In this document: one piece after another, positions 39,874 through 54,996 of the stretch
How the letters are laid out: each line of letters begins with the position of its first letter
Numbering within the stretch: position 1 is the first letter of the stretch
Assembly (NCBI GenBank): GCA_964016885.1
Contig: OZ024745.1
Span: 112,902,001-112,966,000, forward strand
Origin: Eledone cirrhosa
Taxonomy: Eukaryota
Length of the DNA stretch: 64,000 nt
Direction: 5' to 3'
The notes under the pieces: model-generated
Database searches by the model: none
What the model saw: the letters and a program-made list of their open reading frames with translations, nothing else
Told to the model about the DNA's origin: nothing
Program-made: the position numbers and the translations under genes

Positions 39874-40060
39874 CGTTGTGTCCTTGAGAAAAATATTTTA
39901 TTTCATGTTACTCCAGTTTATTCAGCTGTAGAAATGAATTGCGACGTAACTGTTGCCAAACTGCATCGGCCATTGCCTTTCCCTTGGACAACATCGGTGG
40001 CATGGAGAGGGGAGACCCGTCTGCATGGGCGACTACTTGTCTTCTACAAACAACCTTGCC
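39874..40060 (+). mobile_element. CORE-type SINE fragment with alternative 3' part; related copy at 49209-49440
   Basis: GTGTCCTTGAG...CTCCAGTT.A.TCAGCTGTAGAAATGA.TTGCGACGT.ACTG shared by both copies. Confidence 0.75.
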
Positions 40061-40075
40061 CCCCCCCCCATATAT

Positions 40076-40634
<559 letters not shown>

Positions 40635-41257
40635 TGTTCTCGTTGTTTCTTTTACTTAATAAATATAAATAACATATCTTTAACATCTGTTTACAATTTG
40701 GTATTTTTACCTTTCCAAAGAGGCTTCAAACAACAGCATGTTTGCTAGATTTCTCGCTTAAATTCAGTCATACTATTTACATCCTAATATCAAAATGCAC
40801 TTACCACGTCCCGAGTTTAACGGTCAAAATATAAAAAAAAAGCCAGCAAAAAAAAACAAAAAAGAATCACTCATTTTCTGTGGTAGGGTATAAAACATGT
40901 TTCTTTGCAATTAGATAACACCCTTTAATGGTAGTCTTAAGTCCTGGCTAAAACTTTCTATCTGGCTAACTTTTTTTATATACTGTTTTGTCTTATTTTG
41001 TATTTTTTCGTATGAAAGAACGCATTAGTCTATCTATCACATAAACATGGCGGCGAAGATTACATACAACTACTGTGTCTGTCCCCCACCACATACATAT
41101 AAAAGTGCGTGTAAAAATACTGTAGTATTTAAAACTTCAACCATTAACTGAATGAGCACTCAATACTGGTGTGTAGAGCGCAGGGATTTTTCTAAGTAAA
41201 AAAGTGGTAGTGACTTCGACGTTTGAGTTAATCTATCTATCTATCTATCTATCTAGC

Positions 41258-42980
41258 CGATAGGTATCGACTAGATTTCCCGACTGCACCACAGTGGACG
41301 TTGGCAAACCAGAGCGGGACATCTAGATCGTATTTAGATAGGTTCTACATTAGAGAAAGGGACAAGGAGATGTTAAGCTGTCCACGAATGCACATGGTTG
41401 CCTATTCAGATCACAAATTAGTCGTCTGCATAGTCAACCGCGATAGAACACATAGACAGGGACCCGGATACTGGAAGCTGAACGTGTCGTTGCCGGCACG
41501 TAAAGCTTACAGCGAACGGATAAGTAGACTAATCAAGTAACAATTAACAGGAGCCATCATCAACAATAGATGGTGGTACTCTCTCAAGAAAGCAATTAGA
41601 GTAGAATCGATAGGGTTTAGCAGAGAGTTACCTTAGAGAAAAACAAAATAGAAGGAGAACTAGTAGCCAAGGTAGAGGAGGCACTTAGAAGTAGCAACGC
41701 GGCTAGAGTGTTAGCGTCGAGAACGGCACTGAAACAGTTCTTCGATGCGAAACACGAAGGCTGCGTGGTCAGAAGCAAAACACGTGCTCGAGGAAACGAA
41801 GGAGCGAAAGCTGTCAGCTGGGCCCGAGTTGCGGAGGCAAAAAGCGGCAACAAGTCCACGATTCGGTCTTTGAAAGACCAAAACGGACGCGTGCTACTTG
41901 ACCCCAAGCAAATGTGCGCGGCCTTTCAGCAGCATTTTGCGCGACTGTTTGAGCAGAACGACGGTGAGCCGAACGGGGCAATGGACTTTAGTTCATACCT
42001 AGACGGCCTGCTGCGTCTCTCGAACATGGACGCCGAGTTCTACGAAAGACCGTTCACGGACCCTGAGATACCGGACGCTCTGGGCCACTGCGGGAAACGC
42101 TTGTCATCGAGAACCTGGTAGGGAAAGCACAAACGTGTGCAATCCCAACCAGGTCCATACACGACAACCTCCACCTCATGCGATACATCATAGAGAGGGT
42201 GGGTAGTAAACCCGGCGTCGGGGGAGGGGGGCTCTGATCAATTTGGATGAGTCTAGGGCATTCGATAGGGTCGACCATCGATACATGGAAGCGGTTCTCA
42301 AGGCGGCCGGTTTCGGTCCCGTTTTCAGAGGCTGGATTGAGGCGATGCACACCAGCATCTGCTCGAGGGTCAAGGTGAACGGCTACCTATCGGAGCCGTT
42401 CGCAATCACGCGTTCCATTCGACAGGGATGCCCTCTCTCCTCCATTCTGTATGTATTGACTCTAGAGCCACTACTGCGGAAATTGGAGCTGTTGCAGGGC
42501 ATCCCTTTAGAACCGGGACTGCGCAAAGCGGCGTCGGCTTATGCCGACGACATGACGGTAATGGTGTCGAGCACCTCGGAAATCGGGGTGATCGGCAACT
42601 TACTAAAAGAATACGAAACGCTGACGGGAGCAAAACTAAACCCGGACAAGCCTTTCGGTTTGCAACTCGGTACGTGGAGAGGCAAACCGATGACGTCCGA
42701 CAGCGTCGTTGGACGCTGTACGGACGGACCGGTGAAATTGCTCAGGGTTTGGTTCGGTCCAGACCTCCAGGTGGAAAAAATCTGGAACGAGTTCACGACC
42801 AAGGTGTTTGCACTCACCCAGAAGTGGGCTGAATGCAAACTGTCCTTGAAAGGTCAAGCGGAGGTGGCGAACACTTTCATAGCGTCCGTCATCTACTACC
42901 GCTTGACTGTCGTGCTTTGTCCTCGTGAACACCTCGCCAAGATGGAACGCATGCTTTTCCAGTTTCTGTGGAAGAAGCGT
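41258..42980 (+). mobile_element. L1/Tx1-clade LINE ORF2 fragment (APE end plus RT), pseudogenised
   Basis: SYLDRFY...YSDHKLV...GPGYWKLN; AFDRVDH; RQGCPLS; AYADD; stops, frameshifts and an internal deletion near 42100. Confidence 0.93.
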
Positions 42981-43284
42981 CCTTCTTTAAACCTCTTGTA
43001 CCACTCAAAAACACGTGAGCGTTCATACACTTGCTGCAGCAATCCCAGTGCTTCTGACGGAGTCTTCAAGTTTGTTCGTTGCTCTGTGCTCATTGCTTGA
43101 GGACCTGAAACAGAGGACATGTATATAAAATTATGAAGAAAAAAGTTTGATCGCTGCAGAGAGCTAAGATTACAGTTACATACTCCAGGGGGATTACTTT
43201 GAAGGAGAAAACTCTTAGTGCGAAGTTTGGGTTTGAAATAAATCTTTTGTGACATCGGTCCTGGAACTTTTATGACACACCTCG
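42977..43284 (-). mobile_element. mariner 5' fragment (TIR plus transposase HTH)
   Basis: TA|CGAGGTGTGTCATAAAAGTTCC TIR; EQRTNLK..TPSEALGLLQQVY..RSRVFEWYKRFKEGR. Confidence 0.85.
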
Positions 43285-43728
43285 TATATTTATATTTATA
43301 TTTATATTTATATTTTTATTTTTCTATTCACTTATCTATTTTTTTATTTCTCAACTGTAAGAAGTACTAGTCTCCTAGTCTGTCATGGCTTACTAGCTCT
43401 ATACGGACGTTTAGATTGATTAAATAAATAAATAAATATATATATATATACACATATTATATTACATTACATTTTGAATCATTAGGACTGGTTCCTTTCT
43501 CTCTTAAAATATCATCAAGCAACATTATTCAAGTAAGTTGCAGCATGTCACTTAATTAAACATAATCCCTAATCTAAACAGGAACGGATGCATGAAATAA
43601 GATACTTTTCAGATGTTCATACAAAGATTGCACATGGTTAATATGAGGGTAGTTCGTACATAATGGTATTTGATTAGCGCTTCTCTCCTTTGACGGGAAC
43701 CTACATCTTCATTATTGTTTTTCATTGC

Positions 43729-43763
<35 letters not shown>

Positions 43764-43808
43764 GAAAGAAGGTTTACATGGTTTGCTATACAAAAAAGTT
43801 TTTAATCA

Positions 43809-43921
43809 CATAGCTTACATTTGTTTCACTGAACTGGTATGTCTAGAGATCGCTATCCGCCTAATTTTGCGTCACTCGATCGCCAATACAGAATTATAAC
43901 CAGTCAGATCTTCGGAGCATG
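43809..43921 (-). ncRNA. Type I hammerhead-like motif, CCGAAGA core variant, in a (TA)n-flanked element (~43761-44109)
   Basis: CATGCT-CCGAAGA-T-CTGACTGGT...ACCAGTTCAG-T-GAA-ACAAATGT-A-AGCTATG; ATTAAA then (TA)n downstream. Confidence 0.65.
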
Positions 43922-44108
43922 CGAGAATGAAGAAAATACACAGGCAAGAAAATAAAAGAAAATATGGAGTAGTTATGGCATTCAATTAGAACAATAAACA
44001 ACAACAATTATTACAACAATGCTATCAATAAACTATTTAAGGAGACCCTGACATTACTTAGGTGGACTTCACCTAAGTGGACTGCATTTAACTATTATTT
44101 GTTAATCC

Positions 44109-44468
<360 letters not shown>

Positions 44469-44700
44469 ACGTATGCTTTTGTGTTTTTTTGTGTGTGTGT
44501 TTGCATGTGTAGTTTTATTTTATTTTTCCTTTCCTTCTTCCTTCTCCAGCCTCACTTTCATATAGATTGCATTTTTGTTTTTAAAATCCAAATTCAATAA
44601 ACAAACCAGGATTTTTTCATTCTGAGGATTGAAAGCAAAACCTTTTGCTTTTAAGAAACCACTGGTAAATGGAATAATTGCCTTATGTTGTTTATTACAT

Positions 44701-44744
<44 letters not shown>

Positions 44745-44818
44745 GTAATAAAAATAAATTTGAAGACTAAAATCCAAAGAGGGCTCGATAAGGATAAACA
44801 TATATCTTTAATCTGTTA

Positions 44819-44850
<32 letters not shown>

Positions 44851-44851
44851 C

Positions 44852-44894
<43 letters not shown>

Positions 44895-45357
44895 CATATA
44901 TCTTCCTGAATATTATTTGCCTTGTATGTGTATAAAATAGTATGTTTCCCAAACGAACGATATTTGATTCTTTCTCTCACTACATATATCTTTTAAATTT
45001 GAATCAAGATCCATTGAGTTTATTTATTGAAAAACATGATCATCATACATATTAAATATATATTGATACCTTAACAGTATATAACAACTCCTACTTTATT
45101 AATTTGTTAATTTATATCTGCCCTGGTTGTTAAGCCTTTAAAAAAAAACAAAAAAACTCTCTGCTCTCGACAGATATAAAGATATTTTGTACATCTGCTG
45201 ATGATTAGATCCTTGTTTTTCGTTGCTTTATCAACATCGATAGTTAATAATTGAGAATTGATTACTTAGATCGATTGTTCGCTTCGTTTTATTTTCACTA
45301 TGAAACAGCATTGTAAGGAAGAAATGGCTTTTTCCACCTTAATAAAGGGTATAAAAT

Positions 45358-45632
45358 AATAAAGGGTATAAAAAATGACCGGTTTCGATGGGTCTGCAAA
45401 AGCCATCTTTTCAAATGTTGATTAATATTAAGAAAAATTAATAATACGAAGAGTTAAAATTTGAGATTTGAAAATTCAAGTATAAAATTCATTGTGGGAT
45501 TTCATAGTAGTTTTCATCTAGGTAGCAACAAGTTGACTGCTGTGTCCCTTTCTGGTAGTGAATAATGGCTTTTGGTAGTGAAATGGCTTTTGCAGACCCA
45601 TCGAAACCGGTCATTTTTTATACCCTTTATTA
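45358..45632. mobile_element. Inverted repeat with decayed minimal hammerhead (GAAACCGGTC)
   Basis: ~45358-45408 inverted at ~45583-45632; minus strand TTGAAAA-GATGG..CCATC-GAAACCGGTC, CUGANGA box mutated. Confidence 0.6.
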
Positions 45633-45716
45633 TTTCCTTACCTTATAAAATTATATGTTTTTTCACAAAAAAGTATTCTGTCTCTTATATATTCCATGTG
45701 CCATTACCAACCTCAA

Positions 45717-45851
<135 letters not shown>

Positions 45852-46045
45852 AAGAATTAGTATATCTACTAACATATATATACAGATGCATACCTATGCC
45901 AGCAAATATATAGGTTTTGTCTTAGTAACTTTGTGGTTCAATGCATGGGGATGCAGAACAATAATATGAGAGACGTAAAATAAGAAAATTATAAAATTAA
46001 CTTACTTTAGTAAGTAAGTTAATTTTATAATTTTCTTATTTTATG

Positions 46046-46146
<101 letters not shown>

Positions 46147-46185
46147 CACAGGAATATATATACGAGTATTCCTATTGATATGATC

Positions 46186-46352
46186 AACAGAAAAGCCTGC
46201 TCGCGAAATTAACGTGCAAGTGGGTGAGCAGTCCACTGACACGCGTACCTTCAACGTAATTCTCAGGGAGATTCAGCATGACACAGAATGTGACAAGGCT
46301 GGCCCTCCGAATTACAGGCACAACTCATTTTTGCCACTTGAGTGGACTGGAC
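46186..46352 (-). mobile_element. CORE-type SINE family 2 fragment
   Basis: Reverse complement of roughly 33713-33890. Confidence 0.8.
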
Positions 46353-46618
46353 ATTTAACAAATGGCTGAAATTACCAAATTATGTTACATATGTAATTTG
46401 AAGACAAACGATAATTATTCGTAACGTCTAGGTTTAAAAAAGAATTAGTCATATTGACACTAGTACCGATTCTTTTATTGATCACTCTTTGCCGAATCAC
46501 TAGGTTAACAAACAAAAAACGTAAATACACACAAACATACACACACACACACTTACACACACCCAGACACACAGACACAGACACATGCACAAAACACAAA
46601 CACTAACCCCCCCACACA

Positions 46619-46690
<72 letters not shown>

Positions 46691-46888
46691 AGAAAAACCA
46701 CAGACCCTCCATCTCAACTCTACTTTTGAAAAGCAGAAGAACTGCGAAAACGGTAAAGGAACCAAATAAATATATATATTTAAAAAAAAATAAGACTCCA
46801 GTTGCATTTTCGATTTCATCTTTTTTTCTTTATACTTTCACTCGTGTAGGACACCTCGGTTATTTTTCATTTTGTAAAAAAACCTCAC

Positions 46889-46920
<32 letters not shown>

Positions 46921-46930
<10 letters not shown>

Positions 46931-47381
46931 ATAAATGGAAAACTATATTTATAAAACCATATCTATTTCATTATATATATTTCGGGGATATCATATTAAC
47001 AATATGCTATGCCTTCATCAGACAAAATACAATATAAACAGTTTTATAGATAAATATATTCGACATACCGTAATAAACATCAACTTCATTTGAAGAGGTT
47101 CACTCTAGCAGAGGTTCACCTCTTCAAATGAAGTTGATGTTTATTACGGTATGTCGAATATATTTATCTATAAAACTGTTTATATTGTATTTTGTCTGAT
47201 GAAGGCATAGCATATTGTTAATATGATATCCCCGAAATATATATAATGAAATAGATATGGTTTTATAAATATAGTTTTCCATTTATTTAATATTGTAAAT
47301 ATACTCCAAGTATTTGTCGAGTGCTTTTATATCAGTTATAAATATTTACTAGTTGTAACCCAACAATTTTAAATATAACTT

Positions 47382-47389
<8 letters not shown>
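46921..47389. mobile_element. Fold-back element family B with perfect 177-bp arms and two hammerheads (46964-47029 minus, 47188-47253 plus)
   Basis: 46923-47099 is the reverse complement of 47118-47294; TATTTTGT-CTGATGA-stem II-GAA-ATATATAT-A-ATGAAATA; ~95-bp tail on one arm; (TA)n flanks. Confidence 0.9.
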
Positions 47390-47442
<53 letters not shown>

Positions 47443-47512
47443 AATTGTTTCTACAGGACTAGACCTGTTTCATTCGAAGGAAATCTTCAGGAAGGCCCCT
47501 GATATATATATG

Positions 47513-47667
47513 ACAGGCTTTCTGTCTATTAAACTTAACTGACAAAACATTGGTAAACATGAATCAATAATAGAGGACACTTGCCCAAGGTGCTACGCAG
47601 TAGGACTGCGCCCGAAACAATGTTGTTGCGAAATGAATATCTTAATCACAAAGTCATGTCTGCGCCT
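47513..47667 (-). mobile_element. CORE-type SINE family 3, diverged
   Basis: Minus strand GGCGCAG...CAGTCCTACTGCGTAGCACCTTGGGCAAGTGTC; another fragment near 23845-23895. Confidence 0.7.
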
Positions 47668-49559
47668 ATAGTAATTAGTTTCGACAATGTTGGCAAAAGT
47701 AAAATTGCATCCGCTATATCTCAAGATGTTCAGTATGCAGATTTGTCACGCTGTAGTTATAATTTTTAAATAACGGTTGTAATATGAACATATGGCAGAC
47801 AAATTAAGCAGAACTAGTTAATAATAAATTACAGTTATTCTCGGAATCATATAATTAGATTCAAAACACGAAGGCAGCAAGGGAATTCCAGTAAGGTGTT
47901 AAATTGGTGTGTAAAGGTTTTAAATGCAAATTTAAATGGAGACAACGATTGCCAGCGTATGTGTGCATAGATGTAAGAGAGATAGAAAGAAGAACAGAGA
48001 GAAAGTACACTCATGTATTGAGTACGCATGCTCATTTGTATACCCATATATATATATATATATTAGATACACGTATGTAATTATAAAGAAGTTCATATGA
48101 CAGCCATCCTGTGATCATCTGGGAAGTAGTAATGCGAATATGTGTATAATATACTCACAATGTATCTATTCCATCGCATGAGATATGACCAAACATATAT
48201 TGAAGAATAGGTCACAAATTTGAACCCTCTTACAATCTGGATATGGTTAATATTGGGCCTTGAAATCTTGGGTAGCGCTTTTGTTCCGTGTATAGATAAT
48301 ATAATATAATATAATATAATAAAATAAAATATAATATAATATAATATAATATATAACATAAATTAATATAATATATGTATAATATAATATTTATATAAGG
48401 AAACCTCATTAAATCGGATCTCAATAGCTGGATATCACATGAACGAGATAAAATATGTGTTAAGAGAGTTACTGTTAGTGTTGATTTTCACCGCCATCTT
48501 TAAGTGGTAGTGTCATTGTAGAGGTGTATGTTTTGGGTGTGCTAAATAAACGCCGCACATAGAGATTTATAATGGAACTACCTTTTCTTTCTCTCACTTT
48601 GAATCCACCTCGTAATTAATTAGCCTCTTCATTCACCTACTATTCTAATTAATTCACTCTCCACTCTTTCTATCTTTTATTTATATAACACTCTTATTTG
48701 CTTTCACACTAATGAGCAGTTTGCTTCCGTAGTGAGATTTTGAATGTATACATTCGCTGAAAATGTATTAACTGAAACTGATTTTCTTTATAATAATTCT
48801 ATTTCTGTAGTATCATGACATAATCTGACCATAATTTGCTTTCAAAGAAGAAAGGAATCGATCGATAACATCCTAAACCTCATTCGTTTATCAAGTGAGG
48901 TGGAACTCGTCAAATGGGACCTAGGAAACAATGTTTCCATTGGTCTTTAAATTGGGACCTAGGAAACAATGTTACAAAATTGCAGATGATACTATCTATC
49001 GGTCACAGTTCCTGGCAAGAACATCCCGCACCGCCCGGTCCCAGAATCGAACTCGCAACCTCACGATTGTGAATTCAGTTCTCTAACCAGTAAACCACCC
49101 GCCTTCACTAATAATATAGACTCTGAAACAAAGATGAAGTCATATCAATGTAGCCTCAACCTGGTATATTTATCGTTGTGTAATATTTATAATTTATGGA
49201 CCGCTTGATGCGTCGTGTCCTTGAGCAAGACACTTTATTTCACGTTGCTCCAGTTCACTCAGCTGTAGAAATGAGTTGCGACGTCACTGGTGCTAAGCTG
49301 TATCAATCTTTGCCTTTCCCTTGGACGCCATCGGTGACATGGAGATGGGAGACTGGTCTTTCACAAAATACCTTGCCTGGGTTTATACCTCGAAGGGGCC
49401 CTTTCTAGGTGCAAAATCCACGGTCACTCGTGACCGAAGGGGGGGGGGGGGGGGGTCTTTACTCTTTTAATACTTTGGAAAATGTCAGCTTCTATATTAT
49501 TAAAGCGATGGAGTGTCTTTGATTATAATTTTCTGGTCGATCAGGGCTGATCAGGGTTT

Positions 49560-49990
49560 AAACACCATCATAATCATCGCCGTGATCGTCGTTGTTGTTG
49601 TTGTCACCACCACCGCCACCACTACCACTACCAGCATCCACACCGCCACCACCACCACCACCACCACCAACAACAACAACACTACCACCACCGCCACCAC
49701 CGCCACCACCACCAACACCACCAACACCACTACCACCAACATTACCTCTACCACCATCTCCCCCATCATCATCATCATCATCATTATTATCAACAACAAG
49801 AACCACCACCACCACCACCACCACCGCCACCACCGCCACCACCGCCACCACCGCCACCACCGCCACCACCACCAACACCACCAACACCACTACCACCAAC
49901 ATTACCTCTACCACCATCTCCCCCATCATCATCATTATCATTATTATCAACAACAAGAACCACCACCACCACCACCACCACCACCACCAT
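49560..49990. repeat. (CCA)n/(TCA)n low-complexity tract with internal duplication
   Basis: Trinucleotide repeats; block CACCAACATTACCTCTACCACCATCTCCCCCATC occurs twice. Confidence 0.95.
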
Positions 49991-50272
49991 GTATCTAAAA
50001 ACTGGAACATCGAAGAGTTACTGGCCTTGTCCATAAGTAGACACAGTGGTGAGTGTGTAATGGGTAATGGTCAACGAACTATTGAACAAAACCGTTCAAT
50101 AAACGGACATTCTAATCGATTCGGCTAGCTGAATCTCTCCATCAGATACTGTAAGTAATTTAGAACATTTCCGGCTGCTGCCATACTGTTTATGGCATAA
50201 AAATGGCGTGAGAAGACAAAACTCATCTCTAATATCTCATATGAGTAATCTCATCACAGGCAATATGCCCAG

Positions 50273-50337
50273 CTTTCTTTCTTTCTTGTTTGTTTGTTTG
50301 ATTAATTGTTTATTTGTTTGTTCCTTTCTTTCTTCCC

Positions 50338-50381
<44 letters not shown>

Positions 50382-50426
50382 TCCTTTTTTCTTTCTTTCT
50401 TTCTTTTTTTCTTTCTTTCGTCTTTT

Positions 50427-50458
<32 letters not shown>

Positions 50459-50508
50459 GTTTGTTTGTTTGATTAATTGTTTATTTGTTTGTTCCTTTCT
50501 TTCTTCCC

Positions 50509-50540
<32 letters not shown>

Positions 50541-50593
50541 TGTTTCTTTCCTTTTTTCTTTCTTACTTTCTTTTTTTCTTTCTTTCGTCTTTT

Positions 50594-50625
<32 letters not shown>

Positions 50626-50675
50626 GTTTGTTTGTTTGATTAATTGTTTATTTGTTTGTTCCTTTCTTTCTTCCC

Positions 50676-50707
<32 letters not shown>

Positions 50708-50760
50708 TGTTTCTTTCCTTTTTTCTTTCTTACTTTCTTTTTTTCTTTCTTTCGTCTTTT

Positions 50761-50800
<40 letters not shown>

Positions 50801-50850
50801 GTTTGTTTGTTTGATTAATTGTTTATTTGTTTGTTCCTTTCTTTCTTCCC

Positions 50851-50902
<52 letters not shown>

Positions 50903-51021
50903 TCCTTTTTTCTTTCTTTCTTTCTTTTTTTCTTTCTTTCGTCTTTTTCTTTCTTTCTTTCTTTCTTTCTTGTTTGTTTGTTTGATTAATTGTTTATTTG
51001 TTTGTTCCTTTCTTTCTTCCC

Positions 51022-51053
<32 letters not shown>

Positions 51054-51106
51054 TGTTTCTTTCCTTTTTTCTTTCTTACTTTCTTTTTTTCTTTCTTTCG
51101 TCTTTT

Positions 51107-51162
<56 letters not shown>

Positions 51163-51322
51163 TCATTTTCTTTCCTTTCTTTTCCTTTTTCTTTCTTTCT
51201 TCTTTTCTTTCTTATTTGTTTGTTTGTTGTTCCTTTCTTTCTTTCCTCTTTCTCTCTTTCTTTCTTTCTTCCTCTCTTTCTTTGTTTTTCTTTCTTCCCC
51301 ACTTCTTTCCTTCATTCTTCGC

Positions 51323-51364
<42 letters not shown>

Positions 51365-51497
51365 TTCCTTTCTTTCTTTCCCTTTTCTTCCCTCTTTCCT
51401 TCCCTCCTCCCTCCCTTCCTTCATTCCCCCCCCCCTCCCCACTTCCTTCCTACTTCCTTCCTACTTCCTTCCTTCCTTCCTTCCTATCTTTCTTCGT
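50273..51497. repeat. 1.2-kb pyrimidine tract; five ~170-bp units of (CTTT)n with a constant GATTAATTG block
   Basis: TTGTTTGTTTGTTTGATTAATTGTTTATTTG near 50286, 50457, 50624, 50798, 50970. Confidence 0.95.
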
Positions 51498-51887
51498 CTA
51501 GTTAATATTATTTACGCAAGTATTAATGTATTTCAAACATGACAATCTCATGCAACACACAACCTCATTTAATTGAACATGTTGTCAGTGACTATGGTAA
51601 CAAGAACTTCTTTAAGAATGTTACCATAACCTTTACACATTTTAGCGTGTGTGTCTATGTATGTGTGTGTAAGGTGTAATTATGTGTACGTGTATGTATG
51701 TATGTCTGCCGGTATATGCGAGTGTATATATGTATATATGTATGGAAAGCTGAATTTGTATATGGATGTGAGAACGTGATGCATATACATAGACATGTGT
51801 GCTTCATTTATGTGTTTGTATGTTTGTGTGTGTGTGTGTGTGTCTATGTTTGTCTGTATGTGTGTGAGATTGCATAGTTCTTCAGTG

Positions 51888-51988
<101 letters not shown>

Positions 51989-51989
51989 G

Positions 51990-52050
<61 letters not shown>

Positions 52051-52051
52051 G

Positions 52052-52082
<31 letters not shown>

Positions 52083-52095
52083 GTATATATGTATA

Positions 52096-52169
<74 letters not shown>

Positions 52170-52170
52170 G

Positions 52171-52214
<44 letters not shown>

Positions 52215-52256
52215 AGAAGTTATATTTAATTTGTTGGGATACAACAAGCAAATATT

Positions 52257-52549
52257 TTTATAACTGATATAAAGCATTCAACAAATTTTTGGAGTAAAAA
52301 TACAATATATTAACAAATGGAAACTATATTTATAAAACCATATTTATTACATTATAGATATGTTCCGGGAGCTTCCAACCGACATGGTCGCATTCTTTAA
52401 GGGTATGTCAATATTTGTTTATAAAACTGATCTATATTATATTTTATCTGATGAAAGCGCACCATAATTTGCTTTGGTGTCCTTGAAATATCTATAATGA
52501 AATAAATATGGTTTTATAAATATAGTTTCCATTTGTTAATATATTGTAT
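52257..52549 (+). mobile_element. Fold-back element family B with hammerhead at 52440-52504
   Basis: Arms ~52301-52362 and ~52486-52549; TATTTTAT-CTGATGA-AAG C GCACCA...TGGTGT C CTT-GAA-ATATCTAT-A-ATGAAATA. Confidence 0.8.
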
Positions 52550-52554
52550 ATATA

Positions 52555-52590
<36 letters not shown>

Positions 52591-52669
52591 TGTATGTATG
52601 TATGTATGTATGTATGTATGTATGTTATACATGTTTATACACTGATAATCTCAAAGCTCATCACAAAAC

Positions 52670-53315
52670 TACCACCACTACTATAACTACACCGACCTCG
52701 TCATAACAACATGAACACCAACATCAACACCCTACCAACCACACACCATTACCTCCATCACAACCATACTTGCATCACCATCACAACGCAACCACCATCA
52801 CCATCACCATCACCAGCACAAGCTCAACACTACCATAACCACCACATCATTACCTAAATAACCACACCACCACCACCACCACCACCACCAACACCACCAC
52901 CATTGCCACCATAACCACGCCACCACCACCACCATTGCCACCATAACCACACCACCACCACCACCACCACCACCACCAACGCCACCACCATTGCCACCAT
53001 AACCACACCACCAACACCACCACCACCACCACCACCACCACCATCGCTACCATAACCACTCCAGAACCACCACCACCATCACCACCACCACCAACACCAC
53101 CACCATCGCCACCATATCCCACCAGCATCGCCACCATAACCACCACCACCACCATCGCCACCACCACCACCACCACCATCACCACCATCGCCACCACCAC
53201 CACCACCACCACCACCACCACCACCACCACCACCATAACCACTCCACCACCACCACCACCACCACCATAACCACTCCACCACCACAACCATAACCACCCC
53301 ATCGCCACCATAACC

Positions 53316-53366
<51 letters not shown>

Positions 53367-53470
53367 GTCATCGTCATCATCATCATCGTCATCATCACCA
53401 TCATCATCGTCACCATCATCGTCGTCGTCATCATCGTCGTCGTTGTTGTTGTTGTTGTCATCGTAATCGT
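52670..53470. repeat. (CCA)n/(TCA)n/(TGT)n low-complexity tract
   Basis: Trinucleotide repeats only. Confidence 0.95.
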
Positions 53471-53987
53471 TGTACGCTATCATATAGAGTGTCTATATAT
53501 CTATATCCATTCGTGTTAGATCTAAAGAACCATTCACCAGTGATACCTTATACCCACGGCTGGCAGTAGAAATAATAAAGAGACGAATGATATTATTAAA
53601 AGTGATATTCATTTTCTGTTTTATTCTTTGAACTTGTTCACTGCAAAAGAAATATATTGTGGATTTAAATCAGAGCTTATGAATAATTGAAATCTTATTA
53701 TAGGTAATTGAAAGTTGCCAAGAAATCCAAATTCTTTTCTATCATTGGCAGTTAAACTGAATTATGGAAATTTGGCACAGAAAAACTAAACAGAAAATTG
53801 AGTTAATTTTTATTATAATGAAATTCTTAGCTATAAAATACTTTTAGAACCTGGTCAAATTTGTTATATTCCAGAAGAAAGATATGGCGATCAACTTTGT
53901 TTTGCAAATGAATCCAAGTTCTTAACGGACTTAATCTTATTATCACGTTCTACTGCGGTGGAATTAATTTTCTCGTTTATAAATAAC

Positions 53988-54568
53988 GATTTCTACTATA
54001 AGCACAAGGCCAGCAATTTTGGGAGAGGAGGAAGTCGATTCAATCGTAAGGATGAAAGGCAAAGCTAACCCCGGCGGGATTTGAAATCAGAACGCAAAAG
54101 GCCGTAACTCTATGCCACAAAGCATGTTGTCCGACACTATCAATACTGCCAATCCACCGTTCTCATTTATAAATAATTGTTTCTACTTTTGGCACAAGGC
54201 CAGCAATTACCCAGTGCATTACTGGTACTTTATTTTATCGACCCCGTAAGGATGAAAGGCAAAGTTAACCTCGGCGAGATTGAACTCAGATCATAAAGGG
54301 ACGTAACTCTATGCTTCAAAGCATGGTGTCCGACTCTCTACCGATACTGCCAATCCACCAATCCATCATTTATAAATAATTGTTTCTACTTTTGGCACAA
54401 GGCCAGCAAATACACCAGTGTATTACTGGTACTTTATTTTATCGACCCCGTAAGGATGAAAGGCAAAGTTAACCTCGGCGGGATTTGAACTCAGAATGGC
54501 AAGGGCCGTAACTCTATGCGTCAAAGCATGACGTCCGAGCCTCTACCGATACTGCCAATCCACCGCCC
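53988..54568 (-). mobile_element. Three head-to-tail SINE family 1 copies
   Basis: Reverse-complement consensus, each joined by TCATTTATAAATAA-type linkers. Confidence 0.9.
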
Positions 54569-54807
54569 ATCATGTATAAATAATGCTTTATGGAAACTCT
54601 AGATAACGCCACTCGGAGTGGATTTTGTCTTTAAAGCCAACAACTGAGAGCAACGGATATCTTTCAAACTTATTAATTCTCATCAGAAGTACCGTATGTG
54701 TATTTAGAATGCAGAATTGTTATAATTCATAACCAACGCCGCTACGCTCTCTGTATTTATATATACGTAAATAAGACCGTTATTGCTCCATTATTGCTCC
54801 AATCATT

Positions 54808-54996
54808 GGCGGTGGATTAGCAGTATCGGTAGAGGGTCGGACGCCATGCTTTCCAGCATAGTTACGTCCCTTTACGATCTGAGTTCAAATCCCGCCGAGG
54901 TTGACTTTGCCTTTCATCCTTACGGGGTCGATAAAATAAAGTACCAGTAATGCACTGGGCAATTGCTGGCCTTGTGCCTAAAGTAGAAACAATTAT
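54808..54996 (+). mobile_element. SINE family 1 copy with target-site duplication
   Basis: ATTATTGCTCCAATCATT on both sides. Confidence 0.92.
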
